A program made the translations under genes and the position numbers. Below the pieces are notes generated by a model. That model saw only the letters and a program-made list of their open reading frames with translations. It had not been told where the DNA came from and searched no databases. 64,000 bases of DNA from Rhizobium sp. Q54 (GTDB lineage: Bacteria > Pseudomonadota > Alphaproteobacteria > UBA2966 > CAIVPW01), in NCBI GenBank assembly GCA_945889645.1, contig CAMDCA010000005.1, positions 7,728 through 71,727 on the forward strand, read 5' to 3'. This document shows, in pieces, positions 31,415 to 42,540 of the stretch (positions within the stretch are counted from its first letter, which is position 1; every line of letters starts with the position of its first letter).

Positions 31415-31737
31415 CGGGCGAGTCTCGGAATGTCCGGCACCCTCTAAGATCATAGATGGGTAAGGAATGATGGTAGTGGTGATTGGAACATAGATATGCG
31501 GGAGTTCTTGTGCTCAGGAAGAGTGTGCACAGACGAGGTCGCGCAGGGACCGGTCCGCCGCCGTCGTTTTGTCACCTTTTGGCAAACTTGTCCCCGTTTC
31601 GCCTTGCACGTGGATGAAACGATCCAGCTGTCCGCAAGCATGGGGATGAGTTGGTGGCAAAGTGCGTCCATGACCACGCATGAGGGCGGAATGGTACTTA
31701 TCCCGTGCTGGCTTGGGACAACTTTGGCCGGGACGCG
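31415..31737. other. Candidate chromosomal replication origin (oriC)
   Basis: Lower-GC divergent intergenic region upstream of hemE, the usual alphaproteobacterial oriC locus; degenerate DnaA boxes and a 3-periodic TGA-TGG-TAG-TGG-TGA run; parS/parAB about 13 kb away. Confidence 0.75.
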
Positions 31738-32322
31738 ATGAACACGTTGATTCTGGCCAGTGGCAGCCCGACGCGAGCGAAGATGCTGACCGCGGCCGGC
31801 GTGACATTCAGCACGATTGTGCCGCAGGTCGATGAGCTGATGTTGCGCGCGCAGGCCAAGGATGGAGCGGCAGCCGCGCGTGCGATCGCCGAACAGAAGG
31901 CGCTGGCCGTTTCGAAAACGCATTTAGATGCCTGGGTCATTGGCGCCGACCAAGTTCTCGAAGTCGGCACAACGCTGCTTGGTAAGCCGGGTACATGGGC
32001 CGAGGCACGATCCCAGCTGACGCTGCTGCGCGGCCGCACGCATCGCCTGGTGACTGCTGTGGCGGTGGCGCATGCGGGCGCGATCACATGGCATCACATG
32101 GAATCCCCCAGCCTGACGGCCCGAACGTTCACCGATGAGGCGCTAGACGACTACGTTGGTCGCGCCGGCGACGCAGTTCTTGGCAGTCCCGGCGCCTATC
32201 ACTTCGAAGGCCTTGGGGCCTCCCTGTTCGACGAGGTCCAAGGAGACTATTTCTCGATCCTCGGACTTCCGCTGCTTCCGTTGCTGGCATATCTCCGCAC
32301 TCAGGCCGTGATCTCCGCATGA
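31738..32322 (+). CDS. maf: Maf-family nucleoside triphosphate pyrophosphatase
   Basis: LILASGSPTR, VIGADQV, GKP, ILGLPL. Confidence 0.9.
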   Translation: MNTLILASGSPTRAKMLTAAGVTFSTIVPQVDELMLRAQAKDGAAAARAIAEQKALAVSKTHLDAWVIGADQVLEVGTTLLGKPGTWAEARSQLTLLRGRTHRLVTAVAVAHAGAITWHHMESPSLTARTFTDEALDDYVGRAGDAVLGSPGAYHFEGLGASLFDEVQGDYFSILGLPLLPLLAYLRTQAVISA

Positions 32323-33164
32323 CCCTCACTGGTGCTGCTCGCCTGGCTGGCGTGATGGGCTGGCCCGTCGCGCACTCGTTGTCGCCCCGTCTGCATGGGT
32401 TTTGGCTGGCGCAGTACGGCATCGACGGCGCGTATGTTCCGCTTGCCGTGCGGCCGGAGAAGTTCGCCGAGGCACTGCGCGGCTTGGCCAAGCTTGGGTT
32501 CGCCGGCGCCAACGTCACCGTTCCGCACAAAGAAGCCGCGCTCGCCGCCATCGACGACGCGACCGCCGAGGCGCGTGCGCTCGGTGCGGTCAACACCATC
32601 GTCGTCGGTGCCGACGGCCGTTTGTCCGGCAGCAACACCGACGGCGGCGGATTCCTCGCCAACGTGCGCGACTTCTTCCCCGGCTGGTCGCCGGTCGGCA
32701 AGACGGTTGCGGTGCTGGGCGCGGGCGGTGCCGCTAAGGCCATCGCCTGGACCCTGTGCGCCGGCGGCGCCACGGTGCGGATCATCAACCGTACGCCGGG
32801 TCGCGCTGAGGAACTGGCGTACGCACTTGGACCGAAGGCGCAGGCCATTGCGTGGGACAAGTGCGGCGCCGCGATCGAAGACGTCGATTTGCTCGTCAAT
32901 GCCACGACGCTCGGCATGAAGGGCCAGCCGATGCTCGAGATCGATCTAGGACCGTTGGCCGGCGATGCGATTGTCGCCGACGTCGTCTACGCACCGCTGC
33001 AAACCGACCTGCTGCAACGCGCCAAGGCGCGGGGCAATCCGACCCTGGACGGCATCGGCATGCTGCTGCACCAGGCGCGCCCTGGCTTCGCGGCGTGGTT
33101 CGGACGCGAGCCCGAGGTGACGCCGGAGTTGCGGAAGTTCGTGCTGGCAGGCCTGCAACGGTGA
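32319..33164 (+). CDS. aroE: Shikimate dehydrogenase
   Basis: HSLSP, NVTVPHK, GAVNT, NTDG, LGAGGAA, MLLHQA. Confidence 0.95.
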   Translation: MTLTGAARLAGVMGWPVAHSLSPRLHGFWLAQYGIDGAYVPLAVRPEKFAEALRGLAKLGFAGANVTVPHKEAALAAIDDATAEARALGAVNTIVVGADGRLSGSNTDGGGFLANVRDFFPGWSPVGKTVAVLGAGGAAKAIAWTLCAGGATVRIINRTPGRAEELAYALGPKAQAIAWDKCGAAIEDVDLLVNATTLGMKGQPMLEIDLGPLAGDAIVADVVYAPLQTDLLQRAKARGNPTLDGIGMLLHQARPGFAAWFGREPEVTPELRKFVLAGLQR

Positions 33165-33751
33165 AGGTGCTCGGCATCACCGGGTCGGTGGGCATGGGTA
33201 AAACGACCGCCGCCAAAGCTTTCGCCCGCGCCGGCTATCCGGTGTTCGACGCCGATGCGGCCGTCCACGATCTGCTGGCCAACGACAAACAGACCATCGC
33301 CGCGGTGCGCCGCACATTTCCCGGCGCGATCGAGCGTGGCGCCATCGATCGCAAGGCGCTCGGTGCGCTTGTCTTCGCCAGCCCGGCGGCACTGGCTCGC
33401 CTCGAGAAAGTCCTGCACGCACGCGTGCGGGCCCGCCAGCGCCAGTTCGTCCGCGACGCTCGGCGCGGCGGTGCAACTCTTGCGGTGGTCGACGTGCCGT
33501 TGTTGTTCGAGACCGGCGGTGACAAGGAAGTCGACGCGGTGCTTGTCGTCAGCGCACCCGCGGCCGTGCAGCGCGCGCGTGTGCTGGCGCGGCGCGGCAT
33601 GACTCCGGCGCGCTTCAAGGCGATGCGTGCGCGGCAGTGGAGCGATCGCGACAAGCGGCGGCACGCCACCTATGTTGTGGATACCGGCGCGGGACGCGCC
33701 ATGATGGTGCGGCAGATCCGCGCCATCCTCGCTATTCTCGATCCGCAGTAG
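33161..33751 (+). CDS. coaE: Dephospho-CoA kinase
   Basis: GITGSVGMGKT, DADAAVH, DVPLLFE. Confidence 0.93.
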   Translation: MKVLGITGSVGMGKTTAAKAFARAGYPVFDADAAVHDLLANDKQTIAAVRRTFPGAIERGAIDRKALGALVFASPAALARLEKVLHARVRARQRQFVRDARRGGATLAVVDVPLLFETGGDKEVDAVLVVSAPAAVQRARVLARRGMTPARFKAMRARQWSDRDKRRHATYVVDTGAGRAMMVRQIRAILAILDPQ

Positions 33752-33765
33752 GCAGACGGAAAATC

Positions 33766-34428
33766 GTGCGCGAAGTCGTATTCGATACCGAGACCACCGG
33801 ACTCGATCCGGGCAGCGGTCACCGCGTGGTCGAAGTCGGCTGCGTCGAGCTGGTCAACACCATCCCGACCGGCCGCGAGTTCCACAAGTACATCAACCCG
33901 CAGCGCTACATGCCGTCCGAGGCCCAGGCCGTCCACGGCCTGTCGGAGGAGTTCCTCAAGAAGCACCCGGTGTTCGCCGAGATCGCCGAGGATCTGGTGA
34001 CGTTCCTCGACGGCGCGCGCCTCATCGCGCACAACGCTGATTTCGATATCGGCTTCCTCAATGCCGAGTTCGCGCGGCTCGACCGCCAGCCGATCGTCGC
34101 TGAGGTCATCGACACCGTGCGTCTGGCCCGCCGTCGGTTCCCCGGCGCACCGGCCAGCCTCGACGCGCTGCTCGATCGCTTCGGCATCGACAAGTCGGCG
34201 CGCACCAAGCACGGCGCGTTGCTCGACGCCCAACTGCTGGCCGAGGTGTACTTAGAGCTGATCGGCGGCCGTCAGCCCGAGATGGTGCTGGCCGTGGTCG
34301 CCACCGGGTCGGTCACGATCATCCGGCGCGAGCCGCGGCCGCCGCGGCCGCATGCGGCCAGCGCGCCGGAGCTGGCCGCCCACCAAATTTTCATCGCCTC
34401 GTTGAAGGAAGCGATCTGGCTGACGTGA
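33766..34428 (+). CDS. dnaQ: DNA polymerase III epsilon subunit
   Basis: DTETTG, HNADFD, HGALLDA (DEDDh exonuclease). Confidence 0.95.
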   Translation: MREVVFDTETTGLDPGSGHRVVEVGCVELVNTIPTGREFHKYINPQRYMPSEAQAVHGLSEEFLKKHPVFAEIAEDLVTFLDGARLIAHNADFDIGFLNAEFARLDRQPIVAEVIDTVRLARRRFPGAPASLDALLDRFGIDKSARTKHGALLDAQLLAEVYLELIGGRQPEMVLAVVATGSVTIIRREPRPPRPHAASAPELAAHQIFIASLKEAIWLT

Positions 34429-34437
34429 GCTAGGCGG

Positions 34438-34977
34438 TTAGCGTCCGCGCTTCGGCGGCGCGGCGCGGCCTGCGGGTGCGGCACCAGCCGGTGAAGCCTG
34501 ACTCGCCGGAGCCGGAGGTTGGGCGCCGACGCCGCGGTGCTGGCGCAACAGCCGGCCAAAATCGATCGGATCGAGCAGCAGTGGCGGGAAGCCACCGTCG
34601 CGCGTGGTGTCGGCAATGATGCGGCGCGCGAACGGGAACAACAGGCGCGGGCACTCGATCAGGCAGACGTTTTCCAGCCGGTCGCGCGGGATGTTCTCCA
34701 GCGCAAACAGTGCGGCATAGACCAGCTCGATGACGAAGACGTTGGCCTCGTTCTTCGCCGCCGTCGCATTCACATGCAGCGCAACCTCGTAGTGGTTGCC
34801 GCCCATGGGCCGCGCCTCGACGTCCACGTTGACCTGAATCTGCGGCGGTCCAGCGCTATCGGAGAGCGCGCGCGGCGCGCCCGGGTTTTCGAACGACAGG
34901 TCCTTGATGTACTGGACCCGCACCGTAACCCGTGGGTCCGTGCCCCCGGCCTCCGGCTTGGCTTCCGTTTCCGCCAT
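34438..34977 (-). CDS. secB: Protein export chaperone SecB
   Basis: QYIKDLSFENP, CPRLLFPFAR, GGFPPLLLDPIDF. Confidence 0.95.
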   Translation of the reverse strand: MAETEAKPEAGGTDPRVTVRVQYIKDLSFENPGAPRALSDSAGPPQIQVNVDVEARPMGGNHYEVALHVNATAAKNEANVFVIELVYAALFALENIPRDRLENVCLIECPRLLFPFARRIIADTTRDGGFPPLLLDPIDFGRLLRQHRGVGAQPPAPASQASPAGAAPAGRAAPPKRGR

Positions 34978-35205
34978 GATCGAATCGCCCCCTGAAACGC
35001 TTGGCCGCCGAATTGTGCGAGCGTTCGCAATGACCTGCCGCACCATCGGGCGCGGCTTTCGGGCTGTCAAGCGCGCGACCGGTTCGGAAACGGCGGGCTA
35101 CGGCCCTGGATCGCTGGACCCGGGGGGGTCCCGCCGCTAGTCTGTTAAAAAAGGCCTGCTGGGTCCGCGCGCCGCCTTGGCCGCGACCGTCCGTGGAACA
35201 TAGCC

Positions 35206-35874
35206 GTGCAGTTTCTCGACATCATTCTTCTGGCCCTGCTTGCGGCCTTCGTTCTCTATCGCCTGGGCCGCGTGCTGGGGCGCCGGCCGGACGATTCGGG
35301 CACGCCGGTGTTCCGCCCGCCCGCGCCCGACGACAACGTCGTGTCGCTGCCGGGCCGCCTGCTGCAAGGCAAGCCGCCGCGCCGTCCAGCCGCACGCAAG
35401 ACCGATGCCTCGGATGACGACGCATTGGTGGCTGCAGGTATCGCCGAGATTCGCATGCAGGACGCGTCGTTCGATGCGCAGGATTTCGCCGCTGGCGCCA
35501 AGGCTGCCTACGAGGACATCGTCACGGCATTCGCCCGCGGCGATCGCGACACACTGCGCCGCCTGTTGACCCGCGACGTGCTGGAAAACTTCTCACGCGC
35601 CATCGCCGAGCGCGAGCAGCGCGGCGAGACATTGGAGACCACGATCGTCGGTGTGCGTTCGGCCGACGTCACGGATGCGCGCATGTCGGGCCGCACCGCC
35701 GAAGTGACGGTGAAGTTCGTTAGCGACATTATCAATGTGGTGAAGAAGGTCCCGGCCACCGAGGAACTCGGGGCGCCGCCGGTCAAGGAAGTGATCGACG
35801 TCTGGACCTTCGTCCGCGACGCGCGCTCGAGCGACCCTAACTGGGCGCTCGCCGAGACCCATAGCCCTACCTAG
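35206..35874 (+). CDS. Tim44/TimA-family membrane protein
   Basis: DIILLAL...VLGRR, F..GAK.AYE.IV.AF.GD, DVWTF.RD..S.DPNW.L. Confidence 0.88.
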   Translation: MQFLDIILLALLAAFVLYRLGRVLGRRPDDSGTPVFRPPAPDDNVVSLPGRLLQGKPPRRPAARKTDASDDDALVAAGIAEIRMQDASFDAQDFAAGAKAAYEDIVTAFARGDRDTLRRLLTRDVLENFSRAIAEREQRGETLETTIVGVRSADVTDARMSGRTAEVTVKFVSDIINVVKKVPATEELGAPPVKEVIDVWTFVRDARSSDPNWALAETHSPT

Positions 35875-35889
35875 CCACTGCCCCCGATC

Positions 35890-36417
35890 GTGCGCCGCCG
35901 GCGCCTGCTGACGCCGGAGGAGCTTCGCTTGTGGCGTCGGGCCATGGGCAAAGAGCCGCCCGATCCTCCGGCGCCGGTCCGTCTCGCGGCGCGCGCCCCG
36001 GGACCGGCCAAGTGGTCCGCGTCGCGCACGCCGAAACCGACTCTTCCCGGCGACATCGATCCTCATGACGCCAAGGCCATCCGCCGCGGCCGCATCGCGG
36101 TTGAGGCACGCGTCGACCTGCACGGCATGACCCAGACCAACGCGCACGCGGCACTGGTGCGCTTCCTGCGCCGCAGCGCGGCGGCCGGACTGCGCTGTGT
36201 GCTGGTGATCACTGGCAAAGGCAATGCCGGGCGGCGTGACGAGGACGAGAGCCCGTTCGCCGGTTTCGGCGCCGGCGTGCTGCGCTTGTCGCTGCCGCGC
36301 TGGCTCGAAGCGCCCGAGCTGGCGCCGCTGGTGATTGCGTCCGCGCCAGCCGCGCCGCGCCATGGCGGTACCGGCGCGCGCTACGTGCTGCTGCGTCGTC
36401 CGCGCAAAAGTAATTAG
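35890..36417 (+). CDS. Smr-domain protein
   Basis: VDLHGMT, VLVITGKG, HGGTGA.YVLLRR. Confidence 0.9.
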   Translation: MRRRRLLTPEELRLWRRAMGKEPPDPPAPVRLAARAPGPAKWSASRTPKPTLPGDIDPHDAKAIRRGRIAVEARVDLHGMTQTNAHAALVRFLRRSAAAGLRCVLVITGKGNAGRRDEDESPFAGFGAGVLRLSLPRWLEAPELAPLVIASAPAAPRHGGTGARYVLLRRPRKSN

Positions 36418-36452
36418 AAGGGGGCGCGCAGCGTTCTTCCGTCACGTCCTAA

Positions 36453-36601
36453 CAGGCTGTTGAAAAAGTCAGCGGCGGAATGTTTGCGCGCAACAATAGA
36501 ATCAGGACGGCCCCAGTCTTGAATCGATCTTGCGTGAATGGTGCATCTCGCGAATCAAAGTTGCGCACGACCATGGTCCAAAAACCTAGTTCAACAGCCT
36601 G
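36453..36601. mobile_element. MITE / internally deleted IS (IS5/IS1182-like ends)
   Basis: Perfect 12 bp terminal inverted repeats CAGGCTGTTGAA / TTCAACAGCCTG flanked by CTAA direct repeats; lower-GC interior; too short to encode a transposase. Confidence 0.8.
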
Positions 36602-37924
36602 CTAAAGGACGAACCGGCTGAGATCGGCGTTTTTCGCCAGTGCGCCGACCTGGGCGCGCACGTACGCCGCGTCGATGGTTGCGGTCTCGCCCGCACGGTC
36701 GCTGGCCGTGAAGCTGATCTCGTCCAGCAGCCGCTCCAGCACCGTGTGCAGCCGCCGCGCGCCGATGTTCTCGACGCCCGCGTTCACCTCGGCGGCCAAA
36801 GTAGCGATCTCGTCGATGGCGTCGTCGGTGAACTTCAGCGTCACCTGCTCGGTCGCCAGCAGCGCGATGTACTGCCGGATCAGACTGTTCTCCGGCTCGG
36901 TCAGGATGCGGCGGAAATCCTCGCGCGTCAGCGCCTGCAGCTCGACGCGGATCGGCAAGCGGCCCTGCAACTCCGGCAATAGGTCGCTCGGCTTCGACAA
37001 GTGGAACGCGCCCGAGGCGATGAACAAGATGTGGTCGGTCTTCACCGGCCCGTACTTGGTCGCCACCGTCGTGCCTTCGATCAGCGGCAGCAGGTCGCGC
37101 TGCACGCCTTCGCGCGACACACCTGCGCCGGAATATCCATGCTCGGAATCGCGCCCGACGATCTTGTCGATCTCGTCGATGAACACGATGCCGTTCTCCT
37201 GCACCGCGTCGATGGCGGCGCGGGTCGTCTTCTCCTGATCGACCAGCTTGTCGCCTTCCTCGGTCACCACCGCGCGCCACGCTTCGTCCACCGTGGTGCG
37301 GTGCTTGCGCGTGCGCTTGCCGAACGCTTTGCCCAGGATGTCGTTCAGGTTGATCATGCCGACCTGGCCGCCCGGCATGCCGGGAATGTCCATCGTCGGC
37401 ATGCCTGCGCCGCCACCGGTGTCGGTCATGTCGATCTCGATCGGCTTGTCGGCCAGCTCGCCCTCGCGCAGGCGCTTGCGGAACGTCTGTCGCGTGCCCT
37501 CGGCCGCGTGTTGTCCGATCAGCGCGTCGAGGATGCGATCTTCGGCGGCTGCTTCGGCGCGCGCCGAGACCGCCGCGCGGCCCCTGTCGCGCTCCATGCC
37601 GATTGCCGTTTCGACCAGGTCGCGGATGATCTGCTCGACGTCGCGGCCGACGTAGCCGATCTCGGTGAACTTGGTCGCCTCGACCTTGATGAACGGTGCG
37701 TTGGCCAATCGCGCGAGACGGCGCGAGATCTCCGTCTTGCCGACGCCGGTCGGGCCGATCATCAGGATGTTTTTGGGGAGCACCTCGTCGCGCAGGTCAG
37801 CCGGCACGCGCTGGCGGCGCCAGCGGTTGCGCAGGGCAATCGCCACCGCGCGCTTGGCATCGCGCTGGCCGACGATGTAACGATCAAGCTCGGAGACGAT
37901 TTCGCGCGGAGAAAAGTCCGCCAT
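36602..37924 (-). CDS. hslU: HslU ATPase subunit
   Basis: [43 protein letters not shown]. Confidence 0.97.
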   Translation of the reverse strand: MADFSPREIVSELDRYIVGQRDAKRAVAIALRNRWRRQRVPADLRDEVLPKNILMIGPTGVGKTEISRRLARLANAPFIKVEATKFTEIGYVGRDVEQIIRDLVETAIGMERDRGRAAVSARAEAAAEDRILDALIGQHAAEGTRQTFRKRLREGELADKPIEIDMTDTGGGAGMPTMDIPGMPGGQVGMINLNDILGKAFGKRTRKHRTTVDEAWRAVVTEEGDKLVDQEKTTRAAIDAVQENGIVFIDEIDKIVGRDSEHGYSGAGVSREGVQRDLLPLIEGTTVATKYGPVKTDHILFIASGAFHLSKPSDLLPELQGRLPIRVELQALTREDFRRILTEPENSLIRQYIALLATEQVTLKFTDDAIDEIATLAAEVNAGVENIGARRLHTVLERLLDEISFTASDRAGETATIDAAYVRAQVGALAKNADLSRFVL

Positions 37925-37927
37925 TGC

Positions 37928-38476
37928 CTACAGCGATTCCACGGTGACGTTGTTGTTGGTGTAGATGCAGATGTCGGCGGCGATCTTCAGGGCGCGGCGC
38001 GCGATCGCTTCTGCGTCCATGTCGGGCCGGTCGATCAGCGCACGCGCGGCGGCCAGCGCATAGTTGCCGCCGGAGCCAATGCCGATCAGCTGGTCATCCG
38101 GCTCCAGCACGTCGCCGGTGCCCGACAGCACCAGGCTGACGGTCTTGTCAGCCACCGCCATGATGGCTTCCAGGCGCCGCAGGTAGCGGTCGGTGCGCCA
38201 ATCCTTGGCCAGTTCGACGCACGCCCGGGTCAGTTGCCCCGGATGCTTCTCCAGGCGCGCCTCCAGGCGCTCGAACAGCGTGAAGGCGTCAGCGGTGGCG
38301 CCGGCGAACCCGGCGATCACCGAGCCGTCTTTCAGACGCCGCACCTTGGTAGCGGTCGCCTTGACGATGGTGTCCTTCATGGTGACCTGGCCGTCACCGG
38401 CGATCACCACCTTACCGCCCTTGCGGACGGAAAGGATCGTCGTGCCCTGCCACAGGTTGCTGGTGGGATCGGCCAT
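37928..38476 (-). CDS. hslV: HslV protease subunit
   Basis: GTTIL (mature N-terminal Thr), [19 protein letters not shown]. Confidence 0.96.
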   Translation of the reverse strand: MADPTSNLWQGTTILSVRKGGKVVIAGDGQVTMKDTIVKATATKVRRLKDGSVIAGFAGATADAFTLFERLEARLEKHPGQLTRACVELAKDWRTDRYLRRLEAIMAVADKTVSLVLSGTGDVLEPDDQLIGIGSGGNYALAAARALIDRPDMDAEAIARRALKIAADICIYTNNNVTVESL

Positions 38477-38525
38477 GCCGCCTCGGTTGGAGAAGTCCGG
38501 CGCAGCGCCGGAGGGTGGGTCCAAC

Positions 38526-38553
38526 ATGTGGGGAGGCATCCGCACCCGTCAAG
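38526..38553 (-). promoter_or_regulatory. RpoH-type promoter of hslVU
   Basis: CTTG-N17-CCCACAT. Confidence 0.6.
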
Positions 38554-38701
38554 GCGACGGGGTTCCCGCGCGGGAAGCCGGGGTGGCGCCCTTCCGGCCT
38601 TCCTGCTATAGGGGCCGGAATCACCGGCCCCAGGGGCTGCCCGCGCCTGCGGCAACCCCTTAGCCCGCCTGGAACTTCCGGCCCTCCAAAGGTCCCCGCC
38701 C

Positions 38702-39334
38702 ATGCGCAAGGCCAGCGTCGAACGCAACACCAACGAGACCCGCATCAAGGTCGAGGTCAATCTCGACGGGTCCGGGGTCTACAAGGTCGCCACCGGCATC
38801 GGCTTCCTCGACCACATGCTGGAGCAGTTGTCGCGCCACTCGCTCATCGACATCACGCTGGAAGCCAAGGGCGACCTGCACATCGACGCCCACCACACCA
38901 CCGAGGACAGCGGCATCGCCATCGGCCAGGCAGTGTACCAGGCGCTCGGCGATCGCCGCGGCATCCGCCGCTTCGCCTCCATCCACATGCCGATGGACGA
39001 GACGCTGACGCGCGTCTCGCTCGACGCAAGCGATCGTCCGTACCTGATCTGGAACGTCAAAGTTCCGACCCAGCGCCTCGGCGACCTCGACACCCAGCTG
39101 TTCAAGGAATTCTTCCAGGCGTTCGCGCAACACGCCGGCCTGACGCTGCACATCGAGAATCTGTACGGCGAGAACAGCCACCACATTGTCGAGTCGTGCT
39201 TCAAGGGCACGGCGCGCGCGTTGCGCGAAGCGTTCGAGATCGACGCGCGCAAGGCCGACGCTATTCCCAGCACCAAGGGTGTGCTTGCCGGCGCGTCCGC
39301 GCTCGCAGCGCGCGGCACCAAGGACGTCAAGTGA
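38702..39334 (+). CDS. hisB: Imidazoleglycerol-phosphate dehydratase
   Basis: [30 protein letters not shown]. Confidence 0.96.
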   Translation: MRKASVERNTNETRIKVEVNLDGSGVYKVATGIGFLDHMLEQLSRHSLIDITLEAKGDLHIDAHHTTEDSGIAIGQAVYQALGDRRGIRRFASIHMPMDETLTRVSLDASDRPYLIWNVKVPTQRLGDLDTQLFKEFFQAFAQHAGLTLHIENLYGENSHHIVESCFKGTARALREAFEIDARKADAIPSTKGVLAGASALAARGTKDVK

Positions 39335-39735
39335 CGCGCCTCTACGCCGTCTTCGAGCGCCGCACCACCAAGAAGCGCCCGTCGCGCAATCCCGACGACG
39401 CGTTCGAGCTGGTCAAGGAAGGCTTCTGCTGGCCGGCCCTGTTCTTCGGGCCCTTGTGGGCACTCGCCTCGCGCATGTGGGTGGTGTTCGCGCTGCTCGC
39501 CGCCGCCGTCATCGGCCTCGCCTTCTTGCCTGACTTTGTTGACGGCAGCGAAGATTTGGCGACAACGCTCTCTTGCCTACTGGCGCTGGTGCTCGGCTTC
39601 CTCGGTAACGACCTGCGGCAATGGTCACTAGCGCGCGGCGGCTATGAATTCACCGCCGTGGTCAGCGGCAGCGACCGCATCGACGCCGAGCGGCGCTTCT
39701 TTGCGGCGATGAACAACCCGATGTTCCGCTCCTAA
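39331..39735 (+). CDS. DUF2628-family membrane protein
   Basis: [16 protein letters not shown]...GNDLR...L.RGGY...AERRFF; usual position between hisB and hisH. Confidence 0.8.
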   Translation: MTRLYAVFERRTTKKRPSRNPDDAFELVKEGFCWPALFFGPLWALASRMWVVFALLAAAVIGLAFLPDFVDGSEDLATTLSCLLALVLGFLGNDLRQWSLARGGYEFTAVVSGSDRIDAERRFFAAMNNPMFRS

Positions 39736-39745
39736 GGCGCACTGC

Positions 39746-40396
39746 GTGGCGAAGAGTCTCGGACTGGCAATCGTCGACTACGGCTCCGGCAACCTGCGCT
39801 CCGCCAGCAAGGCGTTCGAGCGCGTGGCGCGCGAGCGTGGCTTCAGCGGCGAAATCCGCGTCACCGCCGATGCAGACCAGGTCGCCCACGCCGAGCGTGT
39901 CGTGCTACCCGGCGTCGGCGCGTTCGGCGACTGCCGCCGCGGCCTCGACGCGGTGCCCGGCATGGTCGCGGCACTCGACGAGGTAGTGCACCGCCGCGGC
40001 GTCCCGTTTCTCGGCATCTGTGTCGGCATGCAGTTGTTGGCCGAGCGCGGCTTCGAGCACGGCGAGCACGCCGGCCTCGGCTGGATCCCGGGCGACGTTG
40101 ACGCCATCGAAGGTGACGGCCTCAAGGTTCCGCACATGGGCTGGAACGACCTGACGCTGGTCGCCACGCGCCATCCGGTGCTAGCCGGCATCCCGTCGGG
40201 CTCGCACGCCTACTTCGTGCACAGCTTTGCCGTGCAGGCGCGCGACAGCGGCGATGTGCTGGCGACAGTGAATTACGGAACCGATCTTGCCGCGGTGGTC
40301 GGCCGCGACAATATCGTCGGCACGCAGTTCCACCCCGAAAAGAGCCAGGCCGTCGGCCTCGGCCTGATCGGCAATTTCCTGGAGTGGCGACCGTGA
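39746..40396 (+). CDS. hisH: IGP synthase glutaminase subunit
   Basis: [28 protein letters not shown]. Confidence 0.96.
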   Translation: MAKSLGLAIVDYGSGNLRSASKAFERVARERGFSGEIRVTADADQVAHAERVVLPGVGAFGDCRRGLDAVPGMVAALDEVVHRRGVPFLGICVGMQLLAERGFEHGEHAGLGWIPGDVDAIEGDGLKVPHMGWNDLTLVATRHPVLAGIPSGSHAYFVHSFAVQARDSGDVLATVNYGTDLAAVVGRDNIVGTQFHPEKSQAVGLGLIGNFLEWRP

Positions 40397-41022
40397 CGAC
40401 CGCTGCCCATCCGCACCCTCAAAATTCGAGCGCCGTGACCACCCGCGTCGAGTGGCTGACCCACTTCGCCGGCACCGACCTGCAGGACCTGTGTGCCGCG
40501 ACCGAGCAGGCGATTCTGGACGGCAACGGCTTCGGCTGGCTGAAGGCACCGCCGCGCGACAAGCTGGAGTCGTATTGGCGCGGTGTCCTCTTGGTGCCCG
40601 AGCGCGACCTTGTGGTGGCACGCTATGACGGCACCATCGTCGGCTCCGCCCAGCTGGTGCGGCCGCCCGCCAACAACGAGGCCCAGGCCTTCGCGGCGCA
40701 GGTGACGACGTTCTTCGTCGCCCCGTTCGCGCGCGGCCATGGCTTGGCCCACGGCCTGCTCGACGCCATCGACGTGCGCGCCGCCGAGCGCGGCTTCGAG
40801 GCCATTGAGCTCAACGTGCGCGACACGCAAAAGGCCGCCATCGCGTTGTACGAGAAGTGCGGCTACGTGCGCTGGGCCACTAAGAAGAAGTACGCCAAGG
40901 TCAACGCCGCCTTCGTCGTCGGCCACTACTACGCCAAAGAAGTCGTCCCGTCGCAATCGACCGCGACCGGCGCTGCAACGGATTCCGACTCAAAGGTCGC
41001 TCGTATGGCGCGCCGGCGGTGA
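40393..41022 (+). CDS. GNAT-family N-acetyltransferase
   Basis: [12 protein letters not shown] acetyl-CoA motif, [11 protein letters not shown]. Confidence 0.85.
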   Translation: MTTAAHPHPQNSSAVTTRVEWLTHFAGTDLQDLCAATEQAILDGNGFGWLKAPPRDKLESYWRGVLLVPERDLVVARYDGTIVGSAQLVRPPANNEAQAFAAQVTTFFVAPFARGHGLAHGLLDAIDVRAAERGFEAIELNVRDTQKAAIALYEKCGYVRWATKKKYAKVNAAFVVGHYYAKEVVPSQSTATGAATDSDSKVARMARRR

Positions 41023-41756
41023 TTCTCTATCCGGCCATCGACCTGAAGGATGGCCATTGCGTCCGCCTGGTGCGCGGCGACATGGAGCAGGCGACCGTGT
41101 TCAACACGGACCCCGGCGCCCAGGCCCAGATCTTTGCCAGCCAGGGCTTCGCGTGGATTCATGTCGTTGACCTGAACGGCGCGTTCTCCGGCAAGCCGGT
41201 GAACGCTGCTGCCGTGGACTCCGTACTCGAGGCGACGCACCTAAAGATTCAGCTGGGCGGCGGCATCCGCACCCTCGCCGCGATCGAAGGCTGGCTCGAC
41301 AAGGGCGTCGCCCGTGTCGTGCTCGGCACTGTGGCTCTGCGCGACCCGGCCCTGGTGCGCGACGCATGCACGCGCTGGCCCGGCAAGGTCGCGGTCGGTG
41401 TAGACGCGCGCGCCGGCCACGTCGCGGTCGAAGGCTGGGCGGAAAGCTCCGACATCACCGTGCTCGCGCTGGCGCGGCAATTCGACGACGCCGGCGTCGC
41501 CGCCATCATTCACACCGACATCGATCGTGACGGCGCCATGCGCGGCCTCAACGTCGAAGCGACGGTCGAACTCGCGCGCTCCATCTCCACGCCGGTGATC
41601 GCCAGCGGCGGCGTCTCCAGCATCGACGACCTGCGCCGCCTGAAATGGGCCCGCGCGCAGGGGCGCGCGCCCGGCATCGCCGGCGTCATCGCCGGCCGCG
41701 CGCTGTACGACGGCCGGGTCGATGCAACCGCGGCACTGGCGCTGCTGGCGGACTGA
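41019..41756 (+). CDS. hisA: ProFAR isomerase
   Basis: [35 protein letters not shown]. Confidence 0.96.
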   Translation: MILYPAIDLKDGHCVRLVRGDMEQATVFNTDPGAQAQIFASQGFAWIHVVDLNGAFSGKPVNAAAVDSVLEATHLKIQLGGGIRTLAAIEGWLDKGVARVVLGTVALRDPALVRDACTRWPGKVAVGVDARAGHVAVEGWAESSDITVLALARQFDDAGVAAIIHTDIDRDGAMRGLNVEATVELARSISTPVIASGGVSSIDDLRRLKWARAQGRAPGIAGVIAGRALYDGRVDATAALALLAD

Positions 41757-41757
41757 C

Positions 41758-42516
41758 GTGCTCAAGCCGCGCATCATCCCGTGCCTCGACGTACATAACG
41801 GGCGCGTCGTGAAGGGCATCAACTTCGTCAACCTGCGCGATGCCGGCGATCCGGTCGAACAGGCGCGCGTCTACGACGCCCAAGGCGCCGACGAACTCTG
41901 CTTCCTCGACATCAGCGCCAGCCATGAACAGCGCGACACGCTGCTCGACGTCGTCTCGCGCACTGCCGAGGTGTGCTTCATGCCGCTCACCGTAGGGGGC
42001 GGCGTGCGCACCTCTGCTGACGTACGCACGCTGTTGCTGGCCGGCGCCGACAAGGTGTCGTTCAACACCGCCGCCGTCGCCAAGCCCGAAGTCGTCTCTG
42101 ATGCGGCCGAGAAATTCGGCAGCCAATGCATCGTCGTCGCCATCGACGCGCGGCGCACCGGCGGCGACAAGTGGGAGGTCTTCACCCACGGCGGCCGCAA
42201 GGGCACCGGTCTCGACGCCATCGAGTGGGCCCAGCGCGTCGTCAGCCTTGGCGCCGGGGAGATTCTCCTCACCTCGATGGACCGCGACGGAACCCGCTCC
42301 GGCTACGACCTGGAGCTCACCCGCACCATCGCCGACAGCGTGCGCGTACCGGTGATCGCTTCCGGCGGCGTCGGCGGCGTCGCCCACCTGCTCGAAGGCA
42401 TCCGCGACGGCCACGCCTCCGCCGTCCTGGCCGCCTCGATCTTCCACTTCGGCGAAATCGCCATCCCCGCCGCCAAGCAATACCTGGCGGCCCACGGCGT
42501 TCCGGTGCGCGTCTAA
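41758..42516 (+). CDS. hisF: IGP synthase cyclase subunit
   Basis: [30 protein letters not shown]. Confidence 0.96.
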   Translation: MLKPRIIPCLDVHNGRVVKGINFVNLRDAGDPVEQARVYDAQGADELCFLDISASHEQRDTLLDVVSRTAEVCFMPLTVGGGVRTSADVRTLLLAGADKVSFNTAAVAKPEVVSDAAEKFGSQCIVVAIDARRTGGDKWEVFTHGGRKGTGLDAIEWAQRVVSLGAGEILLTSMDRDGTRSGYDLELTRTIADSVRVPVIASGGVGGVAHLLEGIRDGHASAVLAASIFHFGEIAIPAAKQYLAAHGVPVRV

Positions 42517-42540
42517 CCCACGAACCACCACAATAAGAAG

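Noticed and set aside
31602..31617. CACGTG core in oriC as a third parS
   Set aside because: Flanks deviate at too many positions; better read as part of a DnaA-box-like 9-mer.
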